Of a stretch of 56,086 nucleotides of DNA, positions 26,240 through 35,537 are shown in pieces. Origin of the DNA: Bacteroidales bacterium (GTDB lineage Bacteria > Bacteroidota > Bacteroidia > Bacteroidales > UBA932); assembly GCA_021443605.1 (NCBI GenBank), contig JABUTQ010000051.1, forward strand, positions 1 through 56,086, given 5' to 3'. Below the pieces are notes generated by a model that was not told the origin of the DNA, made no database searches, and worked only from the letters and a program-made list of their open reading frames with translations. The position numbers and the translations under genes were made by a program. Positions within the stretch are counted from its first letter, which is position 1. Each line of letters begins with the position of its first letter.

Positions 26240-26717
26240 CTTTTGATATTGTTTTAAACCCTACACCATAAACGGCATCGGATCCATTCTTGTCCATTAT
26301 CTTGAAACATATTTTCCACTCCCCGGGAAATTCACCGGCCTCTACATTGAATCTGTATGGCCATTCGATGTCATACACCTGCCAGGTGCGCTTTATGGAG
26401 ATTGCCTCGTGAGGAATCTCCTTTTCATTTGTAACTATCGGAAAGACAACATCTTCCGAAAACGAATCGCCTGACGGGGAGATTGCTGTCACCAGCACTT
26501 TCATCACCTTTGAATCTATTTTAGACGGATTCAGCCTGCAGGAGAAGTAGGTATCATAACGACACAGGCTGTCCATTGGAAAAGAGAAAATGAACAATCC
26601 GTCGTTGTCTCCGGGAATCACGGAGATATACTCGTAATTGTCGGGCTGCCGGCCTGAGCACGATACGAGGAGAAAAAGGAGACAGAGCCTAACTATTTGT
26701 CTCCCTGTGCTTTTCAT
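26223..26717 (-). CDS. Small lipoprotein, GldH-like
   Basis: I re-anchored the start to the ATG at 26715-26717 (MKSTGRQIVRLCLLFLLVSCSG, lipobox). Its size, its position after a PSP1 gene and the terminal VYGVGFK pattern resemble Bacteroidetes GldH. Weak. Confidence 0.45.
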   Translation of the reverse strand: MKSTGRQIVRLCLLFLLVSCSGRQPDNYEYISVIPGDNDGLFIFSFPMDSLCRYDTYFSCRLNPSKIDSKVMKVLVTAISPSGDSFSEDVVFPIVTNEKEIPHEAISIKRTWQVYDIEWPYRFNVEAGEFPGEWKICFKIMDKNGSDAVYGVGFKTISKDERKR

Positions 26718-27855
26718 GTTTGTTCTTTGAGTGTTTCTTGTGGTGGTGCTTGCTTTTTCGAACCTCATCGAAACGGTTGATATTATCTTCACCGACTGCA
26801 CTTACAAACTCCGGCTCCGAAGACTCCTGCTCCCTCCCTTGCAAAGAGTCGGGCTTGATTCCCTTGCGGTTTTTCTTGATTATGTCATAAACCTCCTCAG
26901 CATTAAGAGGGTACATATTGGACATATTGTTCTTTTCGTAAGAAAACCACATTACGCCCTTAAGCACGTCTGTCTTGACAAGATATGCAAAACCGTCCTT
27001 GAACTCGAGTGGCTCCCTGACATCGGGAAGATGCTTTTGGGCATCGATATATGCGGATGCCTCATAGTTGATGCAACATTTGAGCTTGCTGCACTGCCCG
27101 GCAAGTTTCTGAGGATTGAGCGACAAATCCTGGCAACGGGCCGCCTGAGTTGTAATCGACTGAAAATCCGCCATATAACGCGAACAACACAATGGTCTGC
27201 CGCATACGCCGAGCCCTCCGATGAGACCGGCCTCCTGACGGGCGCCAATCTGCTTCATCTCTATCCTGATACGAAACTCCTCCGCAAAATCCTTGATAAG
27301 CTGTCTAAAGTCAACTCTCTCATCTGCAATATAATAGAAGATTGCCTTAGTGCCATCTCCCTGAAACTCCACATCCCCAATCTTCATATTCAAGCCCAAC
27401 CCCGCGGCAATCTGACGGGAACGAATCATCGTGTTGTGCTCACGGGCAATGGCCTCCTGCCAACGCTCCACGTCAAGAATCTTGGCCCTGCGATAAATCT
27501 TGCGAAACTCGGCGGTCTTGATATCCACCTTGTGACGAAGCAACTGGCGCGCCACCATCGCCCCCTCGAGGGTAATAATCCCCACATCGTGACCGTTTGC
27601 AGCCTCAACCACAACCACGTCGCCAATTTTGAGCAACTGCCCGGATGTGTTCCGATATATGTCCTTTCGGGTATTCTTGAATCGCACTTCGTACAAATCC
27701 TTGCAACTATCCGTCTGGATTCCGTCCATCCAGCTGAACACGGCCAGTTTGCAGCACCCTTTGTTGTAGTCGATGTTTAAGGCCTTCTGAGGGGTGCGCT
27801 CCACGATGCAGCCGCGTGAACAATCGTATTTTATTTCTCTTCTGATATCGTCCAT
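26689..27855 (-). CDS. PSP1-domain protein (RicT/YaaT-like)
   Basis: PSP1 C-terminal region with the Cys cluster GVCGRPLCCSRY...CSKLKCCINYE. Located downstream of holB, as in Bacillus. Confidence 0.85.
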   Translation of the reverse strand: MDDIRREIKYDCSRGCIVERTPQKALNIDYNKGCCKLAVFSWMDGIQTDSCKDLYEVRFKNTRKDIYRNTSGQLLKIGDVVVVEAANGHDVGIITLEGAMVARQLLRHKVDIKTAEFRKIYRRAKILDVERWQEAIAREHNTMIRSRQIAAGLGLNMKIGDVEFQGDGTKAIFYYIADERVDFRQLIKDFAEEFRIRIEMKQIGARQEAGLIGGLGVCGRPLCCSRYMADFQSITTQAARCQDLSLNPQKLAGQCSKLKCCINYEASAYIDAQKHLPDVREPLEFKDGFAYLVKTDVLKGVMWFSYEKNNMSNMYPLNAEEVYDIIKKNRKGIKPDSLQGREQESSEPEFVSAVGEDNINRFDEVRKSKHHHKKHSKNKHEKHRETNS

Positions 27856-27866
27856 TGTACAAATCT

Positions 27867-29048
27867 CTATATGTAAATCAGCAATCTGTTACATAAGTCG
27901 CTGAAAATCAATTTGGAATTAACATTGCTCTCCACCGCCCTCAAAGCCCCTTCAAAGGCATTGAATCCTTTTTCATAGAAATCATCCTTGACACTTTTTG
28001 CCAAAGAGGCAAAATGTTCGTGTTCGCTTTGAGTTGTATATGAGATACTTGACACTCCGCGTGCAAACATAGCGATTTTTCTTATATAATTCTCTCCGGT
28101 GAGGCAAAATTCTTTCTGTTTTTCCTTGCCAAGCTCCGCGGTCGACTCCGCAAGTGGAATCATATCGGGGAGCGATTTTCTGATTGCAGCATCGAAAATC
28201 TTGTCGAGCAGGGATGCAAATTCGTTCTCGTCTTCGTGCTCTGCGGCAATCTTGAGCGCCTTTCCGTAACTTCCGGCCGCGATATTCGCTATCATCTTTG
28301 CGTCCTCTCCTTGCGAAACTCCGTTATCTTCGAGCAAGCCGGCAATGAGGTTTGAATCAATCGGAGACAAACGTATTATCTGGCAGCGGGACAATATTGT
28401 AGGGAGCAGTTTCCCCGGCTCTTTTGACACCAGCAGGAAGATTGTCCCGGTCGGCGGTTCTTCAATCAGTTTGAGCAGACGGTTGGCAGCCTCCTCGTTC
28501 ATCTTTTCGGGGAGGTAGATAATCATTGTCTTGTAATCTGCCTCGTATGGCTTCAAAGAGAGTTTCTCGATGATTGCCTTACCTTCATTGACACTGATTA
28601 TTCCGGCCTTGTTATCGATTCCAATGGCCGCATATAACTCTTGTTCAATGAAATAAGGATTTTGAAGAAAGAGGGCTCGCCATTGTTTAAGATACATATC
28701 CGACACAGGACGCTTCTTTTCCTGTTCAGTCAACGAACTTGAAGAATTGACAGGAAATGCAAAATGCATATCGGGATGTATCAGTTTCTGGTGCTTTTTG
28801 CAACTGGGACACTCCCCGCACGAATCGCTGTCGTCGGCTAATGCGGTGGGTTCAAAACCAAAAAGGCCTCCCCCCGCACCATCTCCGTGGGTGCAGTTGA
28901 TATATTGAGACAACGCCACGGCAAAGGCGAGTGCCCCTGTCCCCTCATTTTCACAAAAGAGGAGCGCGTGGCCCAACTTGTTGTTTTTGACCATATTGAC
29001 AAGCTTTTCCTTGAGCTCGTCGTTGCCGTAAATCTCTTTGAATTGCAT
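27867..29048 (-). CDS. holB: DNA polymerase III subunit delta-prime
   Basis: LGHALLF, a zinc module CGECPSCKK and the SRC motif (ILSRCQ). Confidence 0.85.
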   Translation of the reverse strand: MQFKEIYGNDELKEKLVNMVKNNKLGHALLFCENEGTGALAFAVALSQYINCTHGDGAGGGLFGFEPTALADDSDSCGECPSCKKHQKLIHPDMHFAFPVNSSSSLTEQEKKRPVSDMYLKQWRALFLQNPYFIEQELYAAIGIDNKAGIISVNEGKAIIEKLSLKPYEADYKTMIIYLPEKMNEEAANRLLKLIEEPPTGTIFLLVSKEPGKLLPTILSRCQIIRLSPIDSNLIAGLLEDNGVSQGEDAKMIANIAAGSYGKALKIAAEHEDENEFASLLDKIFDAAIRKSLPDMIPLAESTAELGKEKQKEFCLTGENYIRKIAMFARGVSSISYTTQSEHEHFASLAKSVKDDFYEKGFNAFEGALRAVESNVNSKLIFSDLCNRLLIYI

Positions 29049-29049
29049 A

Positions 29050-30840
29050 CTACAAAGTTACAACCATTTCACAATTTCTGCAATCGAATTTCAAGGTGAG
29101 GCGGCGGCCGTTGTTGAGCAGCGCCCATGGCTCGTTGATCTTCTTCCCACAGAGCCCGAGCTCTTTGCGTATGCAGTATCTCGTGCGCATCAACTCCATT
29201 CCGCCCCCTTGTTCAATCTCATAGGCAGGCCTGAGATTGGTGACTCCCAGCTCTTTGTAAAAGTTTTCTGACAATGAGTTGGAGCAGTTGAGCAGCCGAG
29301 TGTCGTCCGGCTGTGTCCAATCACAGACACTCTTAATTCCTTTTACAGCTTCTCGCAATCTCCTTTGGTACGGGATGGCTGAGAGCATCTCCGCAAGTTC
29401 CCTGCGAAATCCGTTGAGCACAGAAGCGGGATAGAATCTTACATCCTCTTCATCTATGCTTTCAACTCGAAAATTGTAGCAAAGGGCACTTTTCCCAATG
29501 CTTTTCATTATCCCCACGATGGCAGCACCACTCTTTTCGGCCTTTGGAAACTCTTGTTTTATAGGAAGATAAGCCTCTTTGCCCAAATCGTCACAAATTG
29601 CCTTTATCCCTTTGGATGAAAATTGTACCCTGACATCCACAAGGCGGCGAGGAACATTGTTCTCCAACTCTTTCTCAAAGGCCGAGTTGAAGTTGCGATA
29701 CACTGCAGTCCCCGGTTTCAAGGCTGAATTATCTTTTATTGTAATGATGTCGCCGTTGCAGACATCCGCCCTCATCCCGATGACTTCCTTATTTATGACA
29801 AAGGCGAGCCCGTCTCCGTTTGCAACCTGTGCTCCCCCACTGATTCTTATCCTATTTGCGCCGATGCACTCTTTCACGGTTGCAATCTTCTCCCCGAGAT
29901 ATGCCGATGCCGCGCCGGAGTTCCATTTATCTTTTCTGCCTGATATATAGAGAGTTGTATATCCCCTATTGAATGTAATGTCAGGATTCGGGGAGAATCC
30001 GCCGTGCAAGGTTCCCGCAGAGGCCTTGCAATATTTGCCATCTGAAGCGGCAATCACACCATCCATCACGTTTCTGTAATGACGCACAATATTTTGGACG
30101 TATGTCTTGTTTTTCAGCCGCCCTTCTATCTTGAATGATACTATCCCTTCATCGGCCAGATTTCCGAGATGCGAATCAAGGCGGAGATCCTTTACGGACA
30201 GGAGCGCCTCATTGCGGGCAATAATCTTTCCGGAACTATCCACAAGGTCGTATTTGGATCTGCAGGCCTGAATACACGCCCCTCGGTTTGCACTTCTGCC
30301 GGCAAGATAACTACTCAGATAGCATCTTCCACTGTAACAGACACATACAGCCCCGTGAACAAAAAACTCGAGTTCACAGTTTGTGGCTTCCCGTATCTTT
30401 TTTATCTCGTCAAGGGAGAGATGCCGTTCAAGTACAAGCCTTTTGAATCCGGCCTGCTCCAGCATCTTCGCCTGTTCCGGTGTCCTGATAGCACATTGAG
30501 TGGAGGCATGAAGCTCTATCGGAGGAAGATTCATCTCCAAAAGTGACAAATCTTGCACAATCAAGGCATCCACCTCTGCGTCAAACAACTCATTTACAAG
30601 ATTCTGCGCCTGTGCAAGCTCAGTTTCAAAGAGGATTGTGTTAAGAGTGACATATACCTTTGCCCCAAAGAGGTGGGCATACGAAACGAGTTCCCGTATG
30701 TCGGACACGGGATTGCCGGCAGCCTCTCTGGCTCCGAATGCCGGCCCGGCTATATAAACGGCATCGGCACCACAGTCTATGGCCGCGATGCCGATGTCTT
30801 TATTTTTTGCCGGAGCAAGAAGCTCTAATGCTACTGGCAT
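29050..30840 (-). CDS. Peptidase U32-family protein, long form
   Basis: The U32 signature is seen directly: EFFVHGAVCVCYSGRCYLS followed by GACIQACR. 596 aa. Confidence 0.85.
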   Translation of the reverse strand: MPVALELLAPAKNKDIGIAAIDCGADAVYIAGPAFGAREAAGNPVSDIRELVSYAHLFGAKVYVTLNTILFETELAQAQNLVNELFDAEVDALIVQDLSLLEMNLPPIELHASTQCAIRTPEQAKMLEQAGFKRLVLERHLSLDEIKKIREATNCELEFFVHGAVCVCYSGRCYLSSYLAGRSANRGACIQACRSKYDLVDSSGKIIARNEALLSVKDLRLDSHLGNLADEGIVSFKIEGRLKNKTYVQNIVRHYRNVMDGVIAASDGKYCKASAGTLHGGFSPNPDITFNRGYTTLYISGRKDKWNSGAASAYLGEKIATVKECIGANRIRISGGAQVANGDGLAFVINKEVIGMRADVCNGDIITIKDNSALKPGTAVYRNFNSAFEKELENNVPRRLVDVRVQFSSKGIKAICDDLGKEAYLPIKQEFPKAEKSGAAIVGIMKSIGKSALCYNFRVESIDEEDVRFYPASVLNGFRRELAEMLSAIPYQRRLREAVKGIKSVCDWTQPDDTRLLNCSNSLSENFYKELGVTNLRPAYEIEQGGGMELMRTRYCIRKELGLCGKKINEPWALLNNGRRLTLKFDCRNCEMVVTL

Positions 30841-31772
30841 TTAAGGGTTGTCATCTGATATCTTGCAGCTTCACCGAGCTTCGGATCCTGTGCAATCTCC
30901 TTGTAGTATCCGCAAGCCTTTGCATTGTCACCTGCTGCCTGGAGGGCGGTTGCAAGACGATAAATCATCTCGTTCTTGTCTTTTGCATTGGGAGACATTG
31001 CGAGATATGATTCGAATGCTTCTGCAGCAATCTTGTTCTGTTTGAGGTTCAATGCGTTGAGACCAATGAGCTTCTGTGCGTTAGCGCTGTTTGCGTTCTC
31101 AGCGGAGAGCTGTGCAGCCTCGAGAGCGCCCTTGAAGTCTTTCTCTTTCTGGCAAGCCTGTGATTTCTTGAGGTAGATGTTTGCAAGCTGCTTCTTGGCA
31201 TTTGCCTCCTGGCCAAATTCAACTGCCTTTCCGAGAGCCGCGATAGCCTCGTCAACGTTGCCGGCTGCATTGTAAGCCATACCGAGACGGAGGTATGCCA
31301 CACCATTTTCGGGATCAGCTTCAACCACGCCCTTGTATGCGGCAGCGGCCTCTGCGTATTTCTTATCGTTCAAAAGAGTACCAGCATTTGCCATAAGCAT
31401 CTGAGGAACAAGCTTTTTAACTTCATCAATCACATCGGCGTTGTTGCCATATTCGGTAGCAAGGTCTGATGCCTTCTTGAAAGCGGCGATAGCATCATCG
31501 ATTGCACCTGCGTTTGCAAATCCTTTTCCCTGAGACAGACATACTTTCGGAAGAATATCCTTGCATTTTCCTGCCAATTCCATCCCCTCTTCACCAAGAA
31601 CGGCAGCCCCTTCGAGTGCTTTTGTAAAATTCTCAATAGCCTTTGCATCATCATTGGCATTAAGAGCCTCTGCACCTGCATTATAAAGGTTTGTTACAGA
31701 CTCAAGATCCTGGGCAGAAACGAAACCTGCCGACAAAAGTGCAACGAACATTGCAAAAAATACTTTCTTCAT
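30831..31772 (-). CDS. Secreted tetratricopeptide-repeat protein
   Basis: Signal peptide MKKVFFAMFVALLSAGFVSAQ and Ala-rich TPR-like helical repeats. Confidence 0.75.
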   Translation of the reverse strand: MKKVFFAMFVALLSAGFVSAQDLESVTNLYNAGAEALNANDDAKAIENFTKALEGAAVLGEEGMELAGKCKDILPKVCLSQGKGFANAGAIDDAIAAFKKASDLATEYGNNADVIDEVKKLVPQMLMANAGTLLNDKKYAEAAAAYKGVVEADPENGVAYLRLGMAYNAAGNVDEAIAALGKAVEFGQEANAKKQLANIYLKKSQACQKEKDFKGALEAAQLSAENANSANAQKLIGLNALNLKQNKIAAEAFESYLAMSPNAKDKNEMIYRLATALQAAGDNAKACGYYKEIAQDPKLGEAARYQMTTLKCQ

Positions 31773-31839
31773 CTTCTTATATGTTTTAAATTAATTTTCA
31801 ATCCGTGGCCTTACAAACATAAAACGAGCCAAAACCTTG

Positions 31840-31847
31840 CAAAGGTA
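31840..31847 (-). promoter_or_regulatory. -7 box TACCTTTG for the TPR-to-trmB operon
   Basis: Plus-strand caaaggta, 68 nt upstream of the ATG at 31772. Confidence 0.4.
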
Positions 31848-31935
31848 CAAAAAAAATATAAGATTATGCATTATACTCATTTTGTCTAACAAATTATTGC
31901 ATAGTGGGCGAAGAATCGTGCTGTACGTTAATGCA

Positions 31936-31943
31936 TAACTTTG
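31936..31943 (+). promoter_or_regulatory. -7 box TAACTTTG for susC/susD pair 2
   Basis: Exact match 93 nt upstream of the ATG at 32036. The leader shares ATATTAACCTAAAAT with the pair-1 leader. Confidence 0.5.
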
Positions 31944-32035
31944 ATATATAAAATTTATTTTGTACTTTCGTGCAATTATTCAAACTGTGAAACAACTTAA
32001 AACTATCAACCAAATATTAACCTAAAATCACATCT

Positions 32036-35000
32036 ATGTTCATTTCTAAAAGGATGAGCCGCGTTATAGCGGTTATGTGCGCATTGGTCCTCTCCATGGG
32101 GGCAATGTGGGCTCAGAATCTGACAGTTACCGGTAAGGTAATTGATCAGAGAGGCGAGCCGGTCGTTGGGGCATACGTTGTAGTCAAAGGGACTTCAAAC
32201 GGAGCTTCCACCGATATTGATGGTGTTTACAAGATTTCGGCACCGTCAAAAGCTATTTTGGAATTTTCATCTATGGGTTACAAATCATTGGAGGCTGCCG
32301 TAAATGGCCGCGCCAAGATTGACGTGATTCTCGAAGATGATGCCCTTCTTCTCGAAAACGCCGTAGTGGTCGGTTTCGGTGTTCAGAAAAAGGAAAACCT
32401 CACCGGTGCAGTTGCAGCAATTGATGCCGAGAAAGTTCTGGACAGCCGTCCTATCGCCGATATCGGACGTGGTCTTCAGGGTACAGCTCCTGGTCTCAAC
32501 ATCCGAATTGGTTCTGCAGAAGTTGGTTCAGACCCTATCTTCAGAATCCGTGGCCAGGTAGGTTCTGCAAATGGTTCCGCATCTCCGCTTATCTTGTTGG
32601 ATAACGTTGAGATTCCTTCCATCAACGTCATCAACCCGGACGATATTGAGAGCGTATCCGTATTGAAAGATGCGGCTTCCGCTTCAATCTATGGTGCAAA
32701 GGCTGCGTTTGGTGTTATCCTCATTCAATCCAAGAAAGGCTCAAAGCAGAAAAACAACGTAAAGGTGACCTATTCCGGAAACGTCTCTTTCCAGAATGTC
32801 GTTACGACAAAAGGTATCGCAGGTGTTGACGCTCTCCACTATACTGTTGAAGCAGCTGAACGTGGCGGCACATACACTCCGGTTGGAGCTTTCTGGCTCA
32901 TAGACCGCGCAGGTTGGGAAGCAGCAGTCGCCTGGGACAAGAAATACGGAAAGAATGGTACCAATCCCCTCTCACCTGATGCACCGATGGTTTATGGTCG
33001 TGACTGGTACGTTGACGGTTCAAACCGTAAGATTGGTGTCCGCACATACGACCCGTTCGATTATCTCGTGCGCAGGAACGCTCCTACACATTCACACAAT
33101 ATCTCAATCGCCGGCAACAAAGACAACACGAACTTCAACATCAGCCTCGGTTACCTCGACCAGTCAGGTATGATGAAGGCTACGAAGTATGACGGATATA
33201 CCCGTTACAATGCAAATGCCCGCATAAACACAAAAATTAACGACTGGGTAAGCGTTCACGCCGGTTTGATGTACACAAACTCAGAGAAAAGATGGGCATT
33301 CGCAACCAACTCCACCACAGCAGACGTTTGGTACTATGTATATCGCTGGGGACCTACATATCCGTTGGTTACTAAGGATGAATACGGAAACAATGTCCGC
33401 ACAGCTGCCTACGAGCTTTCAACAGCCAACAAGGCTACACTCAGGACTTCGTACGTAAGTGTAAATACCGGTATCACCGTAACTCCTCTCGAGCATTGGA
33501 ACATCAATGTGGATTACACTTATTCAAACAACAATACTCAGGAAGTCAACCCTGGTATAACTTACTGGGCAGGCAATACCTGGTCTGCAGCCGTACCTTA
33601 TACTGACGCTTCAGGCAACGTTCCTCAGGTTGAAAACGAATGGGCTAAAATCAACGGACTCGGAGGCACACTCCCCGCAAGGGTTCTTCCTGTTGAAAGC
33701 TACACTTCAACATACGATTCATACTATCAGGATTCTTACACTTCTCAACGCCAGACTTGGAATGTCACAACAACATACGACCTTAATATAAAGGATGAGC
33801 ACATGCTCAACTTCATGCTCGGTCTCAATGCCGTTGATTACAGATATACAGGCGTTTGGGCAAAGAAGATGACTCTTCTCGACATCAAGAACCCTCAGTT
33901 TGACCTCGCAACCGGCACTCAGACCAACGGCGGTTCAAACAGCTGGAACTCTACAGTCGGATTCTTCGGCCGTGTCAACTACAACTACAAGGAGAGATAT
34001 CTCATTGAAGGTAACCTCCGTTACGATGGTTCATCAAAGTTCCCCACAAAATTGAAATGGCGCTGGTTCCCTTCAGTATCTGCAGGTTGGCGTCTGTCAG
34101 AAGAGCCTTGGATGGAAGGTGCAAAAGACGTCCTTTCAAACATGAAGATTCGTGCATCTTGGGGTTCTATCGGTGACCAGAGCGTACCGAGTTCACTCTA
34201 CATCCCTACAATGGGAAGCACCACCACATATTGGCAACACAATGGTATCAAGGATATGGCTTACGCCACTCCGGGCATCGTTGCGACCGATATTACATGG
34301 CAGGATATCAATACTTTGGACTTCGGTGTTGACTTCTCACTCTTCAATCAATTCAATGTAACTTTCGACTGGTTCAAGCGTGATACAAGAAATATGATTA
34401 TGGGAATGGAAGGTGTAAGCTACAATATCGGTTCTACAGCACCCCTCGGCAACTACGGAAGTTTGAGCACAAGAGGTTGGGAACTCGAATTGAATTGGGG
34501 CAAGATCTTCAATAACGGATTCAGCATTAACATCACCGGTACCATCGCAGATGCAAGGTCAATCGTCACCGAATATGGTACAAACCTCAAGATTGACAAC
34601 TGGTACAAGGGCAAGGTTTACGGTGAAATCTGGGGATACCAGGTTGATAGACTCTATCAGTATGATGACTTCCAGCACGATGCAAACGGAAATCTTGTTC
34701 CGGGCAAAGATAAGAATGGAAATTATTCAATCAACCTCCTTTCAGATCCCAACGCTCCAACACAAGGTTACATTTCAGCTGGAACACTCGGTTCGGGATT
34801 CGGCCCCGGTGACGTCAAGTACAAAGACCTCAATGGCGACGGTGTAATCGATGCAGGAAACCGCATTCTTTACAAAGTTGACGCAAATGGTAATCCTATT
34901 CTTGATGAGAAAGGCAACAAGATTGCAGACTATGGCGACCTTTGCGTAATAGGTAACACAACTCCTCGTTATGAATACTCTGCAAGAGTTGACCTCGGTT

Positions 35001-35524
35001 TCAAGAACTTCGACCTTTCAATCTTCTTCCAGGGTATCGGAAAGCGTGACATGTGGGGATCTTCTTCTCTTACACTCGCTGGCTTCAACACATCAGATGG
35101 TTCTATGGCTCAGACATTTGCCGGTGACTTCTGGTATGAAACCAAAGATGCAACAGGAAAGGTCATCGATTCAAACTACGGTGCTTTCTATCCTCGCGCC
35201 GCAAATGGTTCAAACGGCAACTCGCTCAATATGCAGCCAAGTGACAGATATCTTATCAATATGGCTTACCTCAGACTCAAGAACGTAACTCTCGGTTACA
35301 CTATTCCTGAGAAACTCACCCGTAAGATTATGATTGACAAGTTCCGCGTTTACGTGTCACTCGAGAACTACCTCACTTTCGATCACCTCAAAGGTCTTCC
35401 TATCGACGTTGAGGAAATCGCCGGTTATTCAAGCTTCAACACAGACAACTACAACTCAAGCCGTGCCGGTCTCGGTACCCCCGCTTTCAAGAGTGCTTCA
35501 GTTGGTCTTCAGTTAACATTCTAA
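32036..35524 (+). CDS. susC: SusC/RagA-family TonB-dependent outer-membrane transporter
   Basis: 1162 aa. Same N-terminal module as 8037-11285, then a plug and barrel ending in F. Confidence 0.95.
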   Translation: MFISKRMSRVIAVMCALVLSMGAMWAQNLTVTGKVIDQRGEPVVGAYVVVKGTSNGASTDIDGVYKISAPSKAILEFSSMGYKSLEAAVNGRAKIDVILEDDALLLENAVVVGFGVQKKENLTGAVAAIDAEKVLDSRPIADIGRGLQGTAPGLNIRIGSAEVGSDPIFRIRGQVGSANGSASPLILLDNVEIPSINVINPDDIESVSVLKDAASASIYGAKAAFGVILIQSKKGSKQKNNVKVTYSGNVSFQNVVTTKGIAGVDALHYTVEAAERGGTYTPVGAFWLIDRAGWEAAVAWDKKYGKNGTNPLSPDAPMVYGRDWYVDGSNRKIGVRTYDPFDYLVRRNAPTHSHNISIAGNKDNTNFNISLGYLDQSGMMKATKYDGYTRYNANARINTKINDWVSVHAGLMYTNSEKRWAFATNSTTADVWYYVYRWGPTYPLVTKDEYGNNVRTAAYELSTANKATLRTSYVSVNTGITVTPLEHWNINVDYTYSNNNTQEVNPGITYWAGNTWSAAVPYTDASGNVPQVENEWAKINGLGGTLPARVLPVESYTSTYDSYYQDSYTSQRQTWNVTTTYDLNIKDEHMLNFMLGLNAVDYRYTGVWAKKMTLLDIKNPQFDLATGTQTNGGSNSWNSTVGFFGRVNYNYKERYLIEGNLRYDGSSKFPTKLKWRWFPSVSAGWRLSEEPWMEGAKDVLSNMKIRASWGSIGDQSVPSSLYIPTMGSTTTYWQHNGIKDMAYATPGIVATDITWQDINTLDFGVDFSLFNQFNVTFDWFKRDTRNMIMGMEGVSYNIGSTAPLGNYGSLSTRGWELELNWGKIFNNGFSINITGTIADARSIVTEYGTNLKIDNWYKGKVYGEIWGYQVDRLYQYDDFQHDANGNLVPGKDKNGNYSINLLSDPNAPTQGYISAGTLGSGFGPGDVKYKDLNGDGVIDAGNRILYKVDANGNPILDEKGNKIADYGDLCVIGNTTPRYEYSARVDLGFKNFDLSIFFQGIGKRDMWGSSSLTLAGFNTSDGSMAQTFAGDFWYETKDATGKVIDSNYGAFYPRAANGSNGNSLNMQPSDRYLINMAYLRLKNVTLGYTIPEKLTRKIMIDKFRVYVSLENYLTFDHLKGLPIDVEEIAGYSSFNTDNYNSSRAGLGTPAFKSASVGLQLTF

Positions 35525-35537
35525 ACAAGAGCATATT

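Noticed and set aside
26223-26717. A GldH-like lipoprotein as evidence for gliding motility or a T9SS locus
   Set aside because: The similarity is weak and there are no other gld/spr/por genes in the window. The PSP1-gldH linkage is a generic Bacteroidetes synteny, so no motility claim is warranted.
26731-27780. 349-aa plus-strand ORF antisense to the PSP1 gene
   Set aside because: The opposite strand encodes a well-recognisable PSP1/RicT protein in an operon. The antisense product is Leu/Arg-rich with no motif, so it is a typical shadow ORF.
31866-31938. 10-bp inverted repeat (ttatgcatta / taatgcataa) upstream of susC pair 2, as a possible invertible phase-variable promoter
   Set aside because: The arms are short, AT-rich and built around the ATGCAT palindrome. 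The enclosed segment is only ~53 nt, and no site-specific recombinase gene is nearby.
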